Notes: generated by a model not told the origin, from the letters alone. A stretch of 64,000 nt of DNA from Selaginella moellendorffii (GCF_000143415.4 NW_003314279.1:2120866-2184865); one strand, 5' to 3'; positions 1 to 13,755 are shown, counted from the stretch's first letter. Made by a program: numbers and translations.

Positions 1-33
1 ACTTATGGTACTTCGAACAGAAATGTATATATC

Positions 34-745
34 TCCGTCATGTGTGATCTTGCACTTGCAGAGTTGCTTCTTTTACATTCTCAAAATTCAACACTTCTTC
101 TTTTACAATATCTATAACAGTGAGATGCTCTTCCATCACTCCCTCTTCACCTTCCTCGTTCATATGTATATATGTACATATATACATATGTATATATGTA
201 TATATATAGATATGTATATATAAAAAAACATGAAGAAGATATTCATTTATCAAGAGTGTCCCTTCATGCGAAAAAATCATAACCACTACAAGAAATCACT
301 CTTGACTAAGATTGTGTGATGTTTGTGATGTGTTTATGTTGTATGGTTTATTGCATTTTTGGCATCTAAACTCTAAAATGGTGTGAAGGCTTTTCCTTTA
401 TAACATTATAAAGGGTCTTCTACCACATCACATTTTTTGATGACTTTGCCTTCAACCATTAGCTTATGTTCATTCACCACCTCATGCTATATAATGTAAA
501 ATTGTGTTACAAGGTGTGTGGCACCAACCTTACAAATAAAAAATAACTAAAACGAAGTAAAGGATATCTATTAAGATTATATGTTATAGATGTTTATCAC
601 ACCTTCGTAGTGACATCAACTCCGTCATGTGTGATCTTGCACTTGCAGAGTTGCTTCTTTTACATTCTCAAAATTCAACACTTCTTCTTTTACAATCTCT
701 ATAACAGTGAGATGCTCTTCCATCACTCCCTCTTCACCTTCCTCC
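34..745. repeat. Direct repeat of about 120 bp (about 34-157 and 619-745) flanking a TA/TG-rich microsatellite (162-222)
   Basis: ctccgtcatgtgtgatcttgcacttgcagagttgc...ccctcttcaccttcctc occurs twice, nearly identical. ORFs 38..286 and 625..816 end in the same peptide. Confidence 0.85.
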
Positions 746-1601
746 ACAATATTATCCTCCACTTGTGCTATTAGCTCTGTGACTTGCAATAGAGGAGGGT
801 TGTATGGAAAACACACACACGCATGCTTGTTATGTCGGGAGAAAAGAGGATAATATGGTCTTTAATCTCAAATATGTGTCTTAGCAACTATTGCCACTAA
901 ACTATGTCTAGTCCAATAAAGCATGAATCTTTCTCTTGGAAAGAAAAAAAAAACACATATAAGCATAAATATGTGGAGGTATATAAATGATATAAACATA
1001 CTAGTATCCCCACATGCAACTATCCTCAATTAGCATAATAATGCTTTAATTCTCAATATTCTACAAAAGAAATGAGTTGAATAACTGCACATGCATTTCA
1101 AAATTCAAAATATACTAATAAGGGACTCGCTTGGAAGTATGTCCACACCAACAAAGTGATACAAATGTTTGGACTCAACAATGCCATACTATAGCTATAT
1201 ACCTAGGTGCTTATCATTAATATAGGTGTAAAACTATCAACTCATTGGCTATGGAAAGAAGAATCTAGATTAAAAAACACATATACATTGGAGAGGAATA
1301 TGTATAAATTAGTTACTTACTTATGTGTAACCATTGCATTGCAATGCACTACAACATAATCACTGCAGCAACCACTAAACTTAGGCCAAGAAACAAAATC
1401 CCAATAATAAAAGGTTTATACTATTAATTTGTAGTGTAACAAATCACTACAATGCTAAAAACCATCATGTTCAATACCCCAAGCACCTAAAGAAATGTTT
1501 TACTTCTGCACTCCAATCAATTGCACTTGCCACTTAGAGCACTATATTGCAAATAAACTATGAGAAATGAGAGGCAAGATTGATTCATTCAAGCACAGTA
1601 C

Positions 1602-2716
1602 TGTAAGGAACCGACTCCCCGAGATGTCGTAGGCTAAAGGATCCCCAAAAGCTTGACCGAAATGACAAAGAGTTCATCGGATGGAACCAAGTCAAGGATC
1701 GAGTCCAAGACCGACTCTAGGACCGAGTTCGAGATAGAGTCCGGAATCGAGTCCGAGACCGACTCGGGGACCGAGTTCGAGTCCGAGTTCGAGACCGAGT
1801 TCGAGACGAAGTCTGAGATCCGAAATCGGGTCCGAGACCGAGTCCAAGGTCGAGTCCGAGACCGAATCCGAAGTCGGATCCGAAATCGGGTCCGAGATCG
1901 AGCCAGAGACTAAGTCCAAATACTAATACGGGTCAAGGGGTGAAAGCCCAAAGCGTGCGTCTCCCAGGGGGGGGGGGGGGGGGGGGGGCTCACAGGGGGT
2001 CCCAAAAGTTATTGTAAGGATAATGGGGTCCCGGAACCAGTCTTGAAAAAACTCTCCAGGGGGGCTTCCAAACTGACTTGAGGTTGAAACTGGGGCCCAA
2101 GGGGTCTTGGGTGGGAATAAACATGGGCCTGAGTGGGGCCGGAGGGGCCCCCTAGGGAAGGGCCCAAAAACAGCTCCCCCTCCCGAAAGGGAAACCGACT
2201 GGGGGGCCCCCGGCTCAGGGGGAGGGGGGCCCCCCTTAAGAACCTTGGGGCTCATTGGCCCCCCCCCTTCCAAGGGGCTTGGGCCTTCCCTTCGGGATGG
2301 AAGTGGGGGGGTAAAGGTACCCATACCGGGCCGTTAGGCCACGGGGTTTCCCCCTGACGTCCCGAAACAAGGGTTGCCCCCAAAACTTGGGATTTAAAGG
2401 GCCCCATGATCAAGTCTTGGGGAACCAAGGGGGGTTAAGAATCTGGAGGCTTGGGGGGCTTGGCTGTTTGTGCCTACGGGGAGTGTAGCCAAACCTTAAG
2501 TCCAGTCTAACCCGGGGAGGGGGATTGGGAGAGATTTGGGAATCCGTAGATGGATGGCTAACACTCCGTTGCTCGTGCAGTAAGTAGCTGAAACCAAGTA
2601 GGAGCTGGTACCATAGGCGGGAACCTTGGCGAGGGAACTTAGCACAAGCCAAGGCAGAGTTGGTCGGATAGACGAGGTAAATTGGTAAATTGGAAAGGAA
2701 AAATTTGTGGCTTACA
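1602..2716. mobile_element. Solo LTR of an LTR retrotransposon
   Basis: Ends are TGTAAG...CTTACA (inverted, TG..CA), flanked by agtac (1597-1601) and agtgc (2717-2721), a 5-bp TSD with one mismatch. GC-rich island in AT-rich DNA with an internal gagtcc/gagacc repeat array and a 22-G run. Reverse-complement similarity to 48181-49550. Confidence 0.75.
1695..1915. repeat. Degenerate 6/12-bp tandem repeat (gagtccgagacc-like) inside the solo LTR
   Basis: Periodic gagtcc/gagacc/gagttc units. These explain the low-complexity ORFs 1653..1913 and 1692..1919. Confidence 0.85.
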
Positions 2717-3905
2717 AGTGCATACATTAGAGTGTGCTACACTTCCAAGCTACAAGAAATGAGCTACAACAGCGAGAAATGACCTATACCCATGAGAAAT
2801 GAGCCACAACCATAAAAAGTGAATTATAATTGTGAGAAATGAGAAGAGAGATGATGATCACAATCAATACATCACAAATTTGTGCTCATAAAAATGAAAC
2901 AAAAAAACCATTGCCATGCACCACACCTCCCTCCAAAAGTGTTCAATCAGCTATAGGCACATTATCATTGATATGTATGAAAAGGCATAATTTTCACCTA
3001 GTTGTGAATTGGGGAACCACACAAAAATAATATTTTGTGGCCTTCCCACAATTCATTATGTCTATCTTTATTTCATTAAACTCCCTTACCTAGTGATCTC
3101 ATATGTATTTAAGCTGGCCAAATTATAAAATTGCTCTGCAGTAGTATTTGTAAGGAGTTGGTCTTCCTTTATTCATTGACACAAGTATGCTAGTGATATA
3201 AAAGCTCTCTACACATATAAACAACACCACCAAGTGCATGATATTATTTAGACTCTTCAAACACTTATCGGCATAAATAAATCTGTGTAAATAGATGCCC
3301 TAAGGCTCTAGCTTGCAATATATTGTAAAATAGAAGTTGTGTCAAAACCATGATCTAGATGTGGCAGGATATCTTTATAGGTGACTCCACATTAAAACGC
3401 ATTGAAAGAATTAACTCCAGTCTTCTTTGCAAGACTTGCTTCAAGTAAACATGAGCTAATGTAACTTTTATCATTTCCCAACTCACTTTATATCTTGCGT
3501 CTTTTAGTTTGCTATTGACATACATAATCCCTTGTTAGGGGAGAATTTCTTCAAGAAGCACTTAAATTGCAACAACACTCTTTGAGGGGATACCCCTTCC
3601 TAACCTATGGTTTTGAGATATTGGTGCAATGTACACTAGTCCACTCCAAACAAAGAGGTAGGATTTTTCATTTTGTAGCCTTCTCTCAATTTAACATTCA
3701 CTTATATAAAATTTTCTTTATTTATTGCAAAACCACTTTCTTGCAAAGTGTTTTTCATTTACTAGGGAAAGTACCTTAAATATGTAGCAATAGCAAGCTC
3801 AACTTGTAGTATTCAAAAAGTGTTTAAAATTTAGCTTACATGCTAAAAAACATTGTGCTCAAAATATTACTTTGTGAGTCATACATGTGTGTTAATAATT
3901 TATGC

Positions 3906-3906
3906 A

Positions 3907-3949
<43 letters not shown>

Positions 3950-3962
3950 ACACACACACACA
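3906..3962. repeat. (TA)n(CA)n microsatellite
   Basis: Directly visible. Confidence 0.95.
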
Positions 3963-5228
3963 ATTTTGCTAGTTGCAATCACAAATTTTTGCTATATATA
4001 ATACTTTAAATGTTGCAAACACCTCTGAACTGATGTAATAATAATATGTGTGAATTTTTTCTGGATAACAGATATTCTGGACCAGATCAGCAATATAAAT
4101 TTCAAAAGCTATAGTATGCTAAGTAGTCAAGCAATGTTGATGAAACCATAGTACTCCCATATCCTCCTTTTGGAGAAAGCTCGCCATCTAATTTTCTCAA
4201 TTGGGCTGTGCGTGGAGAGGCTGTACGTCCAGAAGAAGAGTGGAACGCTTTGGAACCTCGCATCATAAAGAAATACCTCATGGCCATGAAGATTTTGTTC
4301 AAGGTGCTGTTTGTGAGTGGGAGCTTCCTGTCTGACGAGGTTTTTTCCGCATCGAGTGTCCTCGTTTTGCCTGCTTCACTCGCATTGGGTGGCAGCAGCC
4401 AAGAACTTGTCAAACGCAATGGTCCTTTGCTCATGCAAACGATGCAGCAAAGTGAGGGTCTCCTTCCAGAACGCCATTACTGAGCACAAATCCCCCGTAA
4501 AAACTCGTCCAGTAGCTTCTTATCTTCCAAGGACAAAGGGCTGTAGGAGCAAGTAACTGCAAAAAGAACAAAATCTTGTGAGTCCCGAATTCAAAGTGTC
4601 GCAGCTAGGTGGGACAATAATCGTAATGACAGAGAACAAGCGCTCGTCACCAGAGACAAACGCAAACAGAAAAAATAACTTCATAAAACACAAAAGGAGA
4701 ACTGCAGAAACTAAGTACAGTTCCCCAGCAATACAAACCAGACAGAGCAAAAAAGTAAGATGGCAAGAAAAAGTAAACCTCCAAGGACACAAGGGGCAGA
4801 GAACACAGGGGTTAGCAAAAAGAACGCCAACTCAAACAACCGCTGCTGCTTACCTGACGCAGCCTGAAGACTTGTCACAGGGGGACTACAAAGTATATTT
4901 GAACAGCGTGAAACAAAATTAAAAACACCCACACACACACAGCATCTGAAGCACACACCCATACATCTAATAAAATCCCAAATGCACCATGCTTTCCAGC
5001 ACCCTGACGGACCTCACTGACTTCTAATATCTTTATAGGATCTTAGCTTTATGCCCTTATCTTACTCTCCTCGCCATAGTACACTGGGATTTGGAGCTCT
5101 CAAAGCGGACAGGTAAGTTAGAAGTACCAGAACTAGAAAGTTTCATGCCAGGGTTGCGACTGGAGAATCTCAAGGTAAATTTTCACTCGTATAGAAATTC
5201 TAGAAAGCTTTCTTTCACAATCGTTCAG

Positions 5229-5547
5229 GGGAAGTGGATAGCAAAGTCGAGGAGAGCGTTTTGGTGCTAAAGGCCGCTGCCAAGAGCAAGAAAATCCCAG
5301 CTCCAGAGGTGTTTGCAGCATTTAGAGTTTTGGAGAAAGCTTGCGTGGATCCATCCAATTTTCTTGAGACTTTGGGGGGAAGTAGTGGAGCTGAGCCAAG
5401 GTGCTGGATGCTTGTCTTTGCTGCTGGAGCCAAAGTGGTAAGAAAACTTGTCATAAATTTGGAACTTTGCTCTTATATTTTGGTTTTCATTTGAAGGTGA
5501 GACAAGCTTTGAAAGGTGGTCCTAGAGGTGGCACATACAATGCCACT
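5229..5547 (+). pseudogene. Fragment of an uncharacterised, probably plastid-type plant protein gene (two exons)
   Basis: Exon after the ttcag acceptor reads VEESVLVLKAAAKSKKIPAPEVFAAFRVLEK...FLETLGG...WMLVF, then a GT-AG intron, then VRQALKGGPRGGTY. The upstream exon frame contains a stop and no further exons are evident. Family recognition is from memory only. Confidence 0.45.
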
Positions 5548-6862
5548 GTAAGTTCCCAAAAAATTTCACAAAGATTCATCGTTTCCAGACAAAGAGCATA
5601 CAAAATGGGCTTTACTTTGGCCGTCTTGGCGTGTTGGAATTCACTTTCGTTCAAAGCCATCCTTTTAAATATTTTTGGGTAGCAGCCAATAAAGGCTTTT
5701 TTATTAAATAATTACCCTTATCGAATTGGCTTTTAAAAAAACGTGTACCATATATAATATTAGAATATTACATTTAGCAAATAAATTTTTCTTTTAATCC
5801 TTTTGGTGCTCAATTTGGCCTCTTGGCCCCTTCCAATTTGCAATCAGAAAGAAAGAAGAGCTGGGTCGAGAACCTGGAGAAAAAAGTCCCTCTTCATCTG
5901 GTTCTACATGGACAAAGAAATTGTCATTAGGCATTGCTCTTAGCAATCAAAGAGTTTGAACTTCAGCCGCCATTGTTTAATATGGTAATATTTAACCATT
6001 ACTTGTAAAGGTCTTTATAATCAATCTGTTTATTTTTAGCCTCATAAATTTGATCTTATCTCTTTGTCCTATTTTAATTCTTGACTGAGAAAATTCGAAG
6101 GATCCATTGATATAATATTTTGAAAATGTTAGCATTTGAAAGTAAATGTTGTGAAATCCTGTTCTTTACAACAAATTGAAATAGACATTGATAAATCATT
6201 TTAGTTTTTAATTTCAACCCAATATTATACTTTATATCTCATATAAAGATAATTCACAAGAAAATGTGTATTTCTACTAATTATATCCTATACTATTACC
6301 TTACCTTCTTTTGTATTGTGGTCACTCAAATCACATACAATTTGAAATAGACATAAAATACATTTTAAATAGCATCACTATTATTCATTATTTTCACATA
6401 AATTTAACTTTATTTTATTTCATCTTTTTTCCATTGAATGCTCTTCTAATATAATATTATTAAAAATAAAATTTTACTAAAGAAACTTGGCAAGATAAAT
6501 TTACTCTTTAAGTATGTGTTTATTTAAGATTTTCACCTTTGCACAAGTATCATAATTAACGTTTTTGGCTTTTAAATTTTTCAAATGGTTACTATAGTTT
6601 ATTTGTCTTCATTTTGGTGTAAAAAGTTGTTTCAAAGTTTTATTAAATCTCATTTTATAACCACATAGAGTAATTATAGTGCATTATATTATTGTTAAGT
6701 TATTATAAATGGTTTAGCATCTTCAAATTTGGTTGTGTGAGCTCCAAGTGTCCATGCACTCACAGTTGCTTATCAAAACATTTTATTTTTTATTTTTCGA
6801 AGTAAAAGATTCAAAGTGATCAGCAATGGTTGCTCTAATTTATCGGTTCTAACAAAATCAGT

Positions 6863-9597
6863 CTAAGCTCCTCTCAATTTGACCCCAGGAGGAAAGCCTC
6901 TGGTGCTGAAAGTCATGCCATTGTCTGAAAGCTTCTGGATTCGCGCGGATAGTTCCGCAGCCTGGAAATAAAAATCAATCTAGGCATCGAGTCGAAAACC
7001 TGAGATAAACCTTTTCATCAATCCAAACGAGTGAAGTTAGTTGGTTGTTGAGAATTCTCACGACCAAGTCGAGTGGACTAGCATTTTCAATCATATGTAT
7101 GTCCCCACCCTAGCAAACAACAAAATCATCATTGCCTCGATCAAAACTTGTCAAACTCTCTAGTACCTGACTCGCATTGATATTCTCCACAGTTTCCTTG
7201 ATCTGCTCACCCATTCGAGTCAGTTCTCTTTCGATGAATTCTGCTTGCTCAAACCTGCAAGAGAAGAAACGAAAGAAATCAGCTAAACATCTCTCCACGC
7301 AGAAAGAACACTTACATTGTATCTCTAGTTGCTGTGGCTTCGTCCTCAAGAACGAGTCCTCGCTCGTCCTTGTAGAGCCGTTCAGCCTCTTCTTCTATAC
7401 TTTCAAGAGCTTTCTCGACCTGATAACAATTGCAGCCAAGTAGGACATCTACGAGTTAGATTGTTGGGAATCCTTTTACCTCTTGCTGATGTGTTTCTAT
7501 AAGTTCTAGTTGGCGCTCCAGCCCATGCTGTGACTCCACGACTTTTGCAACTTCACTCTGAGAAGAAAAGACGGGTTAAAGACAACACTCTCGCCAAAAT
7601 CTCATTTACCTCGAGCTTTATGAGCACATTCCTGTTGCTGATAATCCGCCGATCCCACTCCCCAAGTGCCTCAGCCTGTTTACGAAGCTTGGCCGTCCGC
7701 TCTTGAAGTTCGTACGTCCATTCTTTTATAATCTGATTTACAAACTGTTAGCTGCTCAGAGTAATGTAATAGCACACCTCTTCCACAGTTTTCCCAACAA
7801 TCTCTGATGGGAACTTGGGAGTCTTTTCAGCCGTCGGGGTCCTGCGAAAGCATTCCTCCATATTATTGCTAAACAACATGAAAATGAGCAAGCTCACGCA
7901 GAGGCTGCTGGTGTCGGTGCAGGTACTATAGAAGCTGACGTAGTTGTTGCCGCAGATGAAACAAGGAGACCTCCGGAACTTCCCTGTGTTGTTGTTGCAG
8001 GCGTTGTCAACACTGGGAGTAGAATAACATGAAGAAAGACCGTCAACATTGTTAACAACAGAAGGATATAGCGTACCCGCTTCAGTAGTTTTAGCAGTGG
8101 TTCCCAAAGATTGAGCTGCTGCTGGCGTTGCAAACGCGAACGGAGCTGCACTGGTTGTGGGCGGCTTTGAAGTGGAAGGAGCCGGCGTAGAAAAGATAGA
8201 AGGCGTCGAAGCTGGAGCTGGTGCCGATGCGGGAGGCGAAGCAGCAGAGCTTGCAAACAATGGCGATGCCGGTGACGCTGCAGCACTCGAACTAGCTGCG
8301 GGAGTGCTAAAGCTGAAAGACAGTGCTGGAGCGAGCGGCGTCGTAGCAGCAGGCTGGGGTTGAGTTGCTGAAGGTGCTACAAACGACAAAGACGGCGCCG
8401 CCGAAGAGCTCGTGTTCCCAAGGCTGAGCGTCGTGCTCGGGCTCGCAGACGACGAAGTAAACGCCGGTGTGGACAGCGAGGCTGCAAATCCAGAGGACGA
8501 GCTCGTTCCAGTCAATGGCTTCTGGCCAAATCCCCCGAAACCGGCACTAGCTTGCGTCGTTGCTGGAGTAGACTGAGAGCCAGCGGAACTGTTCCCAAAC
8601 GAGAAGCCTTGAGAGGGTGGCGGAGTGGAAGAAGCAGTGGCGGTAGAGACTCCGAATCCAAAGCCCGAGGATGGAGGAGCCGACCACGAGGGCGACGAAG
8701 ACGTAGCCGCCTGTGCCTGGCTCGAAAAGAGTGGCGCAGCCTGAGTGAAGGGCGACGTAGAAGCACTAGTGCTTGCTCCAAACCCGGGTGATGGGCTTCC
8801 AAAAGCACTCGCGCCAAATGCCGGAGCTGGGCTACTGCTGCTGCTCGCTCCAAACGGGCTGCTGCTGGCTCCAAACGCCGGCGCAGGACTACTCCCGCTC
8901 GCTCCAAATGGGCTACTACTAGCTCCAAATGCCGGGGCTGGGCTAGTGCTGCTTGATCCAAACGGGCTACTCGCTCCAAATGCTGGAGAGCTGCTCGCTC
9001 CAAACGCCGGAGTGCTGGTCGCTCCAAATGCCGGAGTGCTGGTCGCTCCAAATGCCGAAGTGCTGCTAGCTCCAAATGCCGGAGTGCTGCTCGCTCCAAA
9101 TGCCGGAGTGCTGCTCGCTCCAAATGCCGGAGAGCTGCCCGCTCCAAATGCCGGAGAGCTGGTCGCTCCAAATGCTGGCGCGGGAGAGCTGCTTGCTCCA
9201 AACGGGCTCGCTCCAAATGCCGACGCCGGACTGCTACTCGCTCCAAAAAATCCCGGCGATGGAGAGCTCCCTGCTCCAAATCCACTACTCGTCGCTGCTC
9301 CAAATCCCGGGGCCGGGCTAGTGCTGGCCCCAAATGGCGGGGTAGCGGACCAAATGCCGGAGACGCGCCAAACGCTGGTGTGGAGCTGCTGGACCCAAAT
9401 GCCGGGCTGCTGCTGGCACCAAAGCTGGGCGTGGGAGTGGCGCTGCCGAAAGCCGGAGCCGAGGATGGAGTGGCGCCGAATCCAAACCCAAATGCGGGCT
9501 GTGACGCCGTGCTGCTGGCTGCTCCAAACGTGCCGAAGGAGAATCCCGTCGATGGCGTGCTGCTGCTGCTGGCGCCGAAGCCCGTGAAGCCCGCCAT
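6863..9597 (-). CDS. NUP62: Nucleoporin NUP62 (FG repeats plus C-terminal Nsp1-like coiled coil), multi-exon, apparent frameshift near 9348
   Basis: MAGFTGFG start, dozens of PAFG repeats, then [11 protein letters not shown]|[30 protein letters not shown] and [24 protein letters not shown] exons with GT-AG introns. Stop TAG at 6863-6865. Confidence 0.9.
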
Positions 9598-9705
9598 ACC
9601 TGGAGCTCGCGCGCGCTCCCCTAAAACCCTAAAACCTTGCTCCAAGAAACCCTAATCACAGTTTAATGACTGGGATATTCGCGAGACTCTAGCTTCAAAG
9701 CTTCG

Positions 9706-11916
9706 CTACAACGATCGCGACGTGGCTTTTTTCGCAATGGCTGATCCCGATAGGTAGCCACTCGTCCATGCGTTCTGGAAAAGGAGAAGAAACCATTTGT
9801 TACCACCATGGTCGTAAGAAATCTCGAGACTTTGGCTCTCACTCGCCTGGAAATTAAAGCCGCCAGTGATGCCATCGACGTTGAGAAGCTGCAAGACGAA
9901 AGAGTGTGAGGAGTGGAATTTTTAAGTTCATAGCTCCGCGTACCTCACCAGCCAAGTAGAGGTTAGAGCATTTCTTGCTCTCCATAGTTTTGAGATTCAC
10001 CTGTTGAAAACACTAAAGAGCTGCCGGAGATTTTGGAGCCGGATGAGCTTACCTCGTCGAGTGGAACCCCTCCAGCAGTTACAAATTCGTCCTTAAACTC
10101 CCCCTGATAGACAAAGATCATTGTCACGAGATCCGACGAGGTTGAAAAGGAGCTTACTTTGCCAGAGATTTGGAAGGAACACCGCTTAAGGAGGCCTGCT
10201 AAGTCACCCAGCTGTCGATTTGAAAGCTCGTACCACACAGCCTCCTCGTTTAGATCCTAAAAGATTTTTAGATGTTTGAGAGAAAGCCTACTAGAAATAC
10301 CTGTCGATGGATCAGGTACTGCCAAAATCGCTTCACTAGTTGTAATACCAAAGGGGCGCCGCTATCTAGCTTTCTTCTCTGAAGGAAGAGAACATACTTG
10401 CAACTTTACGGAAGTTTTCTGAGAATCGATGATTACCGGGGAAAGTGTTTTCTGCTTTACCAGCAGCTTCTTCACTTCGTCCAGGGAAAACTTCGGTGCG
10501 AAGTCCACCCACAAAGTTCCTGCATCAAAACTCCTCAATGTCAAACGCGAAAATCACTAAATAAATTCATCGCTCTCCAAACCTTTGTAGTCTACCTTGA
10601 GGAGGTCCCTGGCTGCCCATGCAGAGAGACGCAGCACAGCAGGACCGCTCAATCCCCAGTGCGTGACGAGAAGTGGCCCGTCCTGGAAAGGGAAAACATC
10701 GCAAAGCTGTTCGATCACGATCAAACAATATACACCTGCCGCAAGTTGACACTTCGTTTATTCCAGCACAGAATTTCCAGGTCGACAGAAACATGTTCAA
10801 AGCTGACCTTCAATCCAACAAAGGAAACAAACTCATTAAACAAGAAAATTTTGTGGCTTACTTACTCCGGCAAGTTCTCCGAGCTTAGAATCTGCAACCT
10901 TAAAAGTGAATAGACTTGGAGCGGGAGAAACAAGATCATGTCCCAGCTCTTTTGCTAACTTGTACCCCTGTCCATCATTTGTCTTCGGTAAGTCTAGCAA
11001 CATGACACTCTTGATACCTGTGGCGAGCTGCCAGTTGCAAGTAGAGCAAAGTCCGCTTGTAGCTTTTCTGAGAATGGCTCGTTCTTATTCTTGAAGTGAA
11101 CATCAAACCGTCCATTCAGCGGCACAATGTCTTTCACAAGCGCATTGCTCTTCAAGGAAACTGCAAGAATTTCAAGCACATATCCGGTAAAAAGACCAAA
11201 CGAACCTCCAATTCGTCGAGCCTTGTTGAGGAGACATTCCACAACAGTTCCGGAGTCGTCGGTTACTGGGAACATTCTTCCATCTTCTTCGGTCTGAGAA
11301 ACGAAAAATAGAAGCTAGCCAAAGGCACACTTGTACTAACTAAAGCTCGACCTTGAGCGGAACTCCATGCTCATGAAACCAGGCAGCAGTTTCAAGAGGT
11401 CCGTGTTCTCTAAAATAAGATCCACGAAGTTCCTTGTGGCCCCTTGGATATTGCTGCGACAACGGCTGGAACCAGAACTTAAAGAGTAAAACTCCTCGGC
11501 CACTATACTTTACCAGCGGTTCCACAAACAAGCCCGTAGTAACATTACAGCGTCCACCCCCAGAGATTTTCACCTAGGTAGGAAAAGAGGAGCAGGACGA
11601 GAGTCGGTCTTCACCAGAAATGGAAAGCAAGAAAAGAACCTTGGATAAAAAGTGTCCTCTTTCCAAGACAACGACTTTGAGATGCTTGCAAGCTGTTTTA
11701 GCCCAAATGGCTCCATAGACACCCGCAGCGCCACCCCCTACTACCACCAGCGTTTGTTTCTCGTCTCCTCCACTCTCCACACAGTCGCCCTCCTGCACAT
11801 ACAAGCAACGGTGTCAATTGCAATCTCAGTGAAAAAGGTCCAGAGCAAACCGCTTGGTTCTTCGCCAGAGAAGATCTCCCGTAACTACTTCCCTGGAGTA
11901 GACCCAATGAATCCAT
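9706..11916 (-). CDS. HI0933/YhiN-family FAD/NAD(P)-binding flavoprotein, multi-exon
   Basis: VVVGGGAAG Rossmann motif, [41 protein letters not shown]|NAWTSG. Start codon approximate. Confidence 0.9.
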
Positions 11917-12128
11917 CCAAATGCTCGTTGCGTCGCCTATCTACAGACACACGCTACACACAAACCCATTGCCCGTCCAAAAACATTCCACTTAGCATTG
12001 AGCCATTCGAATGAGACGTCAGGCAAGCCTTAGCTGAACCAAAGCGCAACCTCTTATTACAACACGATCAAATACATATCTGCAAAAACAAAGCTTTTGC
12101 ATAAACGCTTCCTTTGCTTGAGCATACC

Positions 12129-13702
12129 TCAAAAGATCATCACTATTCCATCGTGAATCCGGTTCTTTTGGTTCTGTGCAACACACTCTGATATCCACAT
12201 GAGATTTCTGATCTCTTGCTCCCGTAGTCGGACGTATGCAAAAAACACTGCGTAGTGGAACTACAGGAAACACCTCTAAGAATTAGAATTTAAGAGCGCA
12301 ACATTGAGCAGTTACCTGTTGCTCGAAGGTCAATATCAATCTCTTCACTTCTTCTTCGTAAAATGCCTTGTCGAGCATTTGGCTCTCGCCATATTCAATC
12401 TTCGCAAAAATTGGTTGATATGGAGGATATTTCTCCACAGCAGCTCGGACCTGTCGTATCGTCAACTCTCAAGAATGACAAAAAGCAGTATCTACCTGGT
12501 CGGGATCATCACACAGAGCAAGCTCTTCATGGCCATAAGGATACCTGAATAGAAATTATCACTCCCAGAGAATGTAACAAGAAATAGAATGTTTACAGCA
12601 GTCCAAATGACGAGTAAAGCTTGCGCCGATCATCCCGAGTCAACTCAGTGCCAATACTAAAAGACCGTAACCCATCAGTAATCAGCATAGATGACAATTC
12701 ACGAAAACCTGTTGATGGTTATGTTGACAGCCCTGCGGTCAGCTTCAAAAGCAAGCAAGTCGCACATAAGCTCTCCGGTAGCACCACCAAGTTTCTGAAA
12801 CCGATGCAATGTGGTGAGAGACCAGAAAAGAAAAAGGCATTAGCGAACCTTGCAGAAAGTGTAGAAGTCCTCCAAATAAGCTTTGTATAGAGTGTTTCGC
12901 ATGATTTCAATGTTCATGTCGTCCAAGTCCTGCATAATCCTGTTCATTTGAGAGCTAATAGGCAAGAATTCCAGAACCTACTTCGGAGGTGATGCATCCA
13001 GAAAAGTAAGGAGCCAAGGGCGTATCCACGAGCACAAGACGGTATAGCTCAGCCATGTTGTGAGCTGCGGCAACAGTGGCAATCCTAGGTAAGGAAGAAA
13101 AAAAAACTTAGAACATAGAAAGAACGAGCTCAGAGTAAAGAAAATACCCGTCAAACATTCCCAGGGGATGACACTTTTCAAGCAATTCTTGGACATCTCT
13201 TTCGTGAAGAGCTCCTGTGACGATCAAAACCACGTTGTCAATTATGTATCCATACCTGGTGGAGGAGCACCGAAATTCTTAAGCAATGGAAAAAAAAATA
13301 AAACCATGATTCTATCAACCGAGAGCTTACGTTATATACTCGAGGAACTTGGACAGCGGCTCCGTGGCCTGGACGAGCAAGCTATTGTAATCGTCCACCA
13401 ATTTCTGGGTACATCGCTCCACAATGTTGGTCGTGTGCAAGGGCGAAGGCTCTAAATGATGGATCGATAAAAATGCGACCTCGCATTCGAATTGGGGGAA
13501 GGAGTAGAGAATTTCACTCACCGTTTTGGAGATAGGGGCCATAATCCGTAGCTGAGAGATGCATCTTGATGTCGTCGAGCGTCTCGCACTGCGAGAGATT
13601 GTTGTAGTCGGCCGTGGTGAGCATCCCGGAGCGAAAGCCGCGGACGATCGCCTCCAGGAATCCGCCATGGATGTTGAAGGTGAGCGCCTCGAAGCCATAC
13701 AT
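12129..13702 (-). CDS. VHA-d: V-type proton ATPase subunit d, multi-exon
   Basis: [49 protein letters not shown]... ending [44 protein letters not shown]. Confidence 0.96.
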
Positions 13703-13755
13703 TCTCGCAGATCTGAAAACCCTAAATACGTGTAGGGCTAATTTTTCCTTTATTT

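Noticed and set aside
284-295. CACTACAAGAAA resembling a CACTA transposon terminus
   Set aside because: No matching inverted end with a 3-bp TSD (tttgtagtg near 1430 is only partial) and no recognisable transposase.
1653-2727. Pro/Gly-rich and SISD/RVRD-repeat ORFs (also 48894..49714)
   Set aside because: Translations of LTR tandem repeats and G/C tracts.
4102-4962. Possible spliced minus-strand gene
   Set aside because: Some splice-like signals, but I could not build a coherent ORF or recognise a domain.
8800-9330. Regular DNA repeats that might suggest a CRISPR-like array (also 49205-49500)
   Set aside because: Coding FG repeats or LTR microsatellite with no unique spacers, in a eukaryotic context with no cas genes.
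8745-9587. 280-aa LAPNAG-repeat ORF on +
   Set aside because: Antisense shadow of the NUP62 FG repeats.
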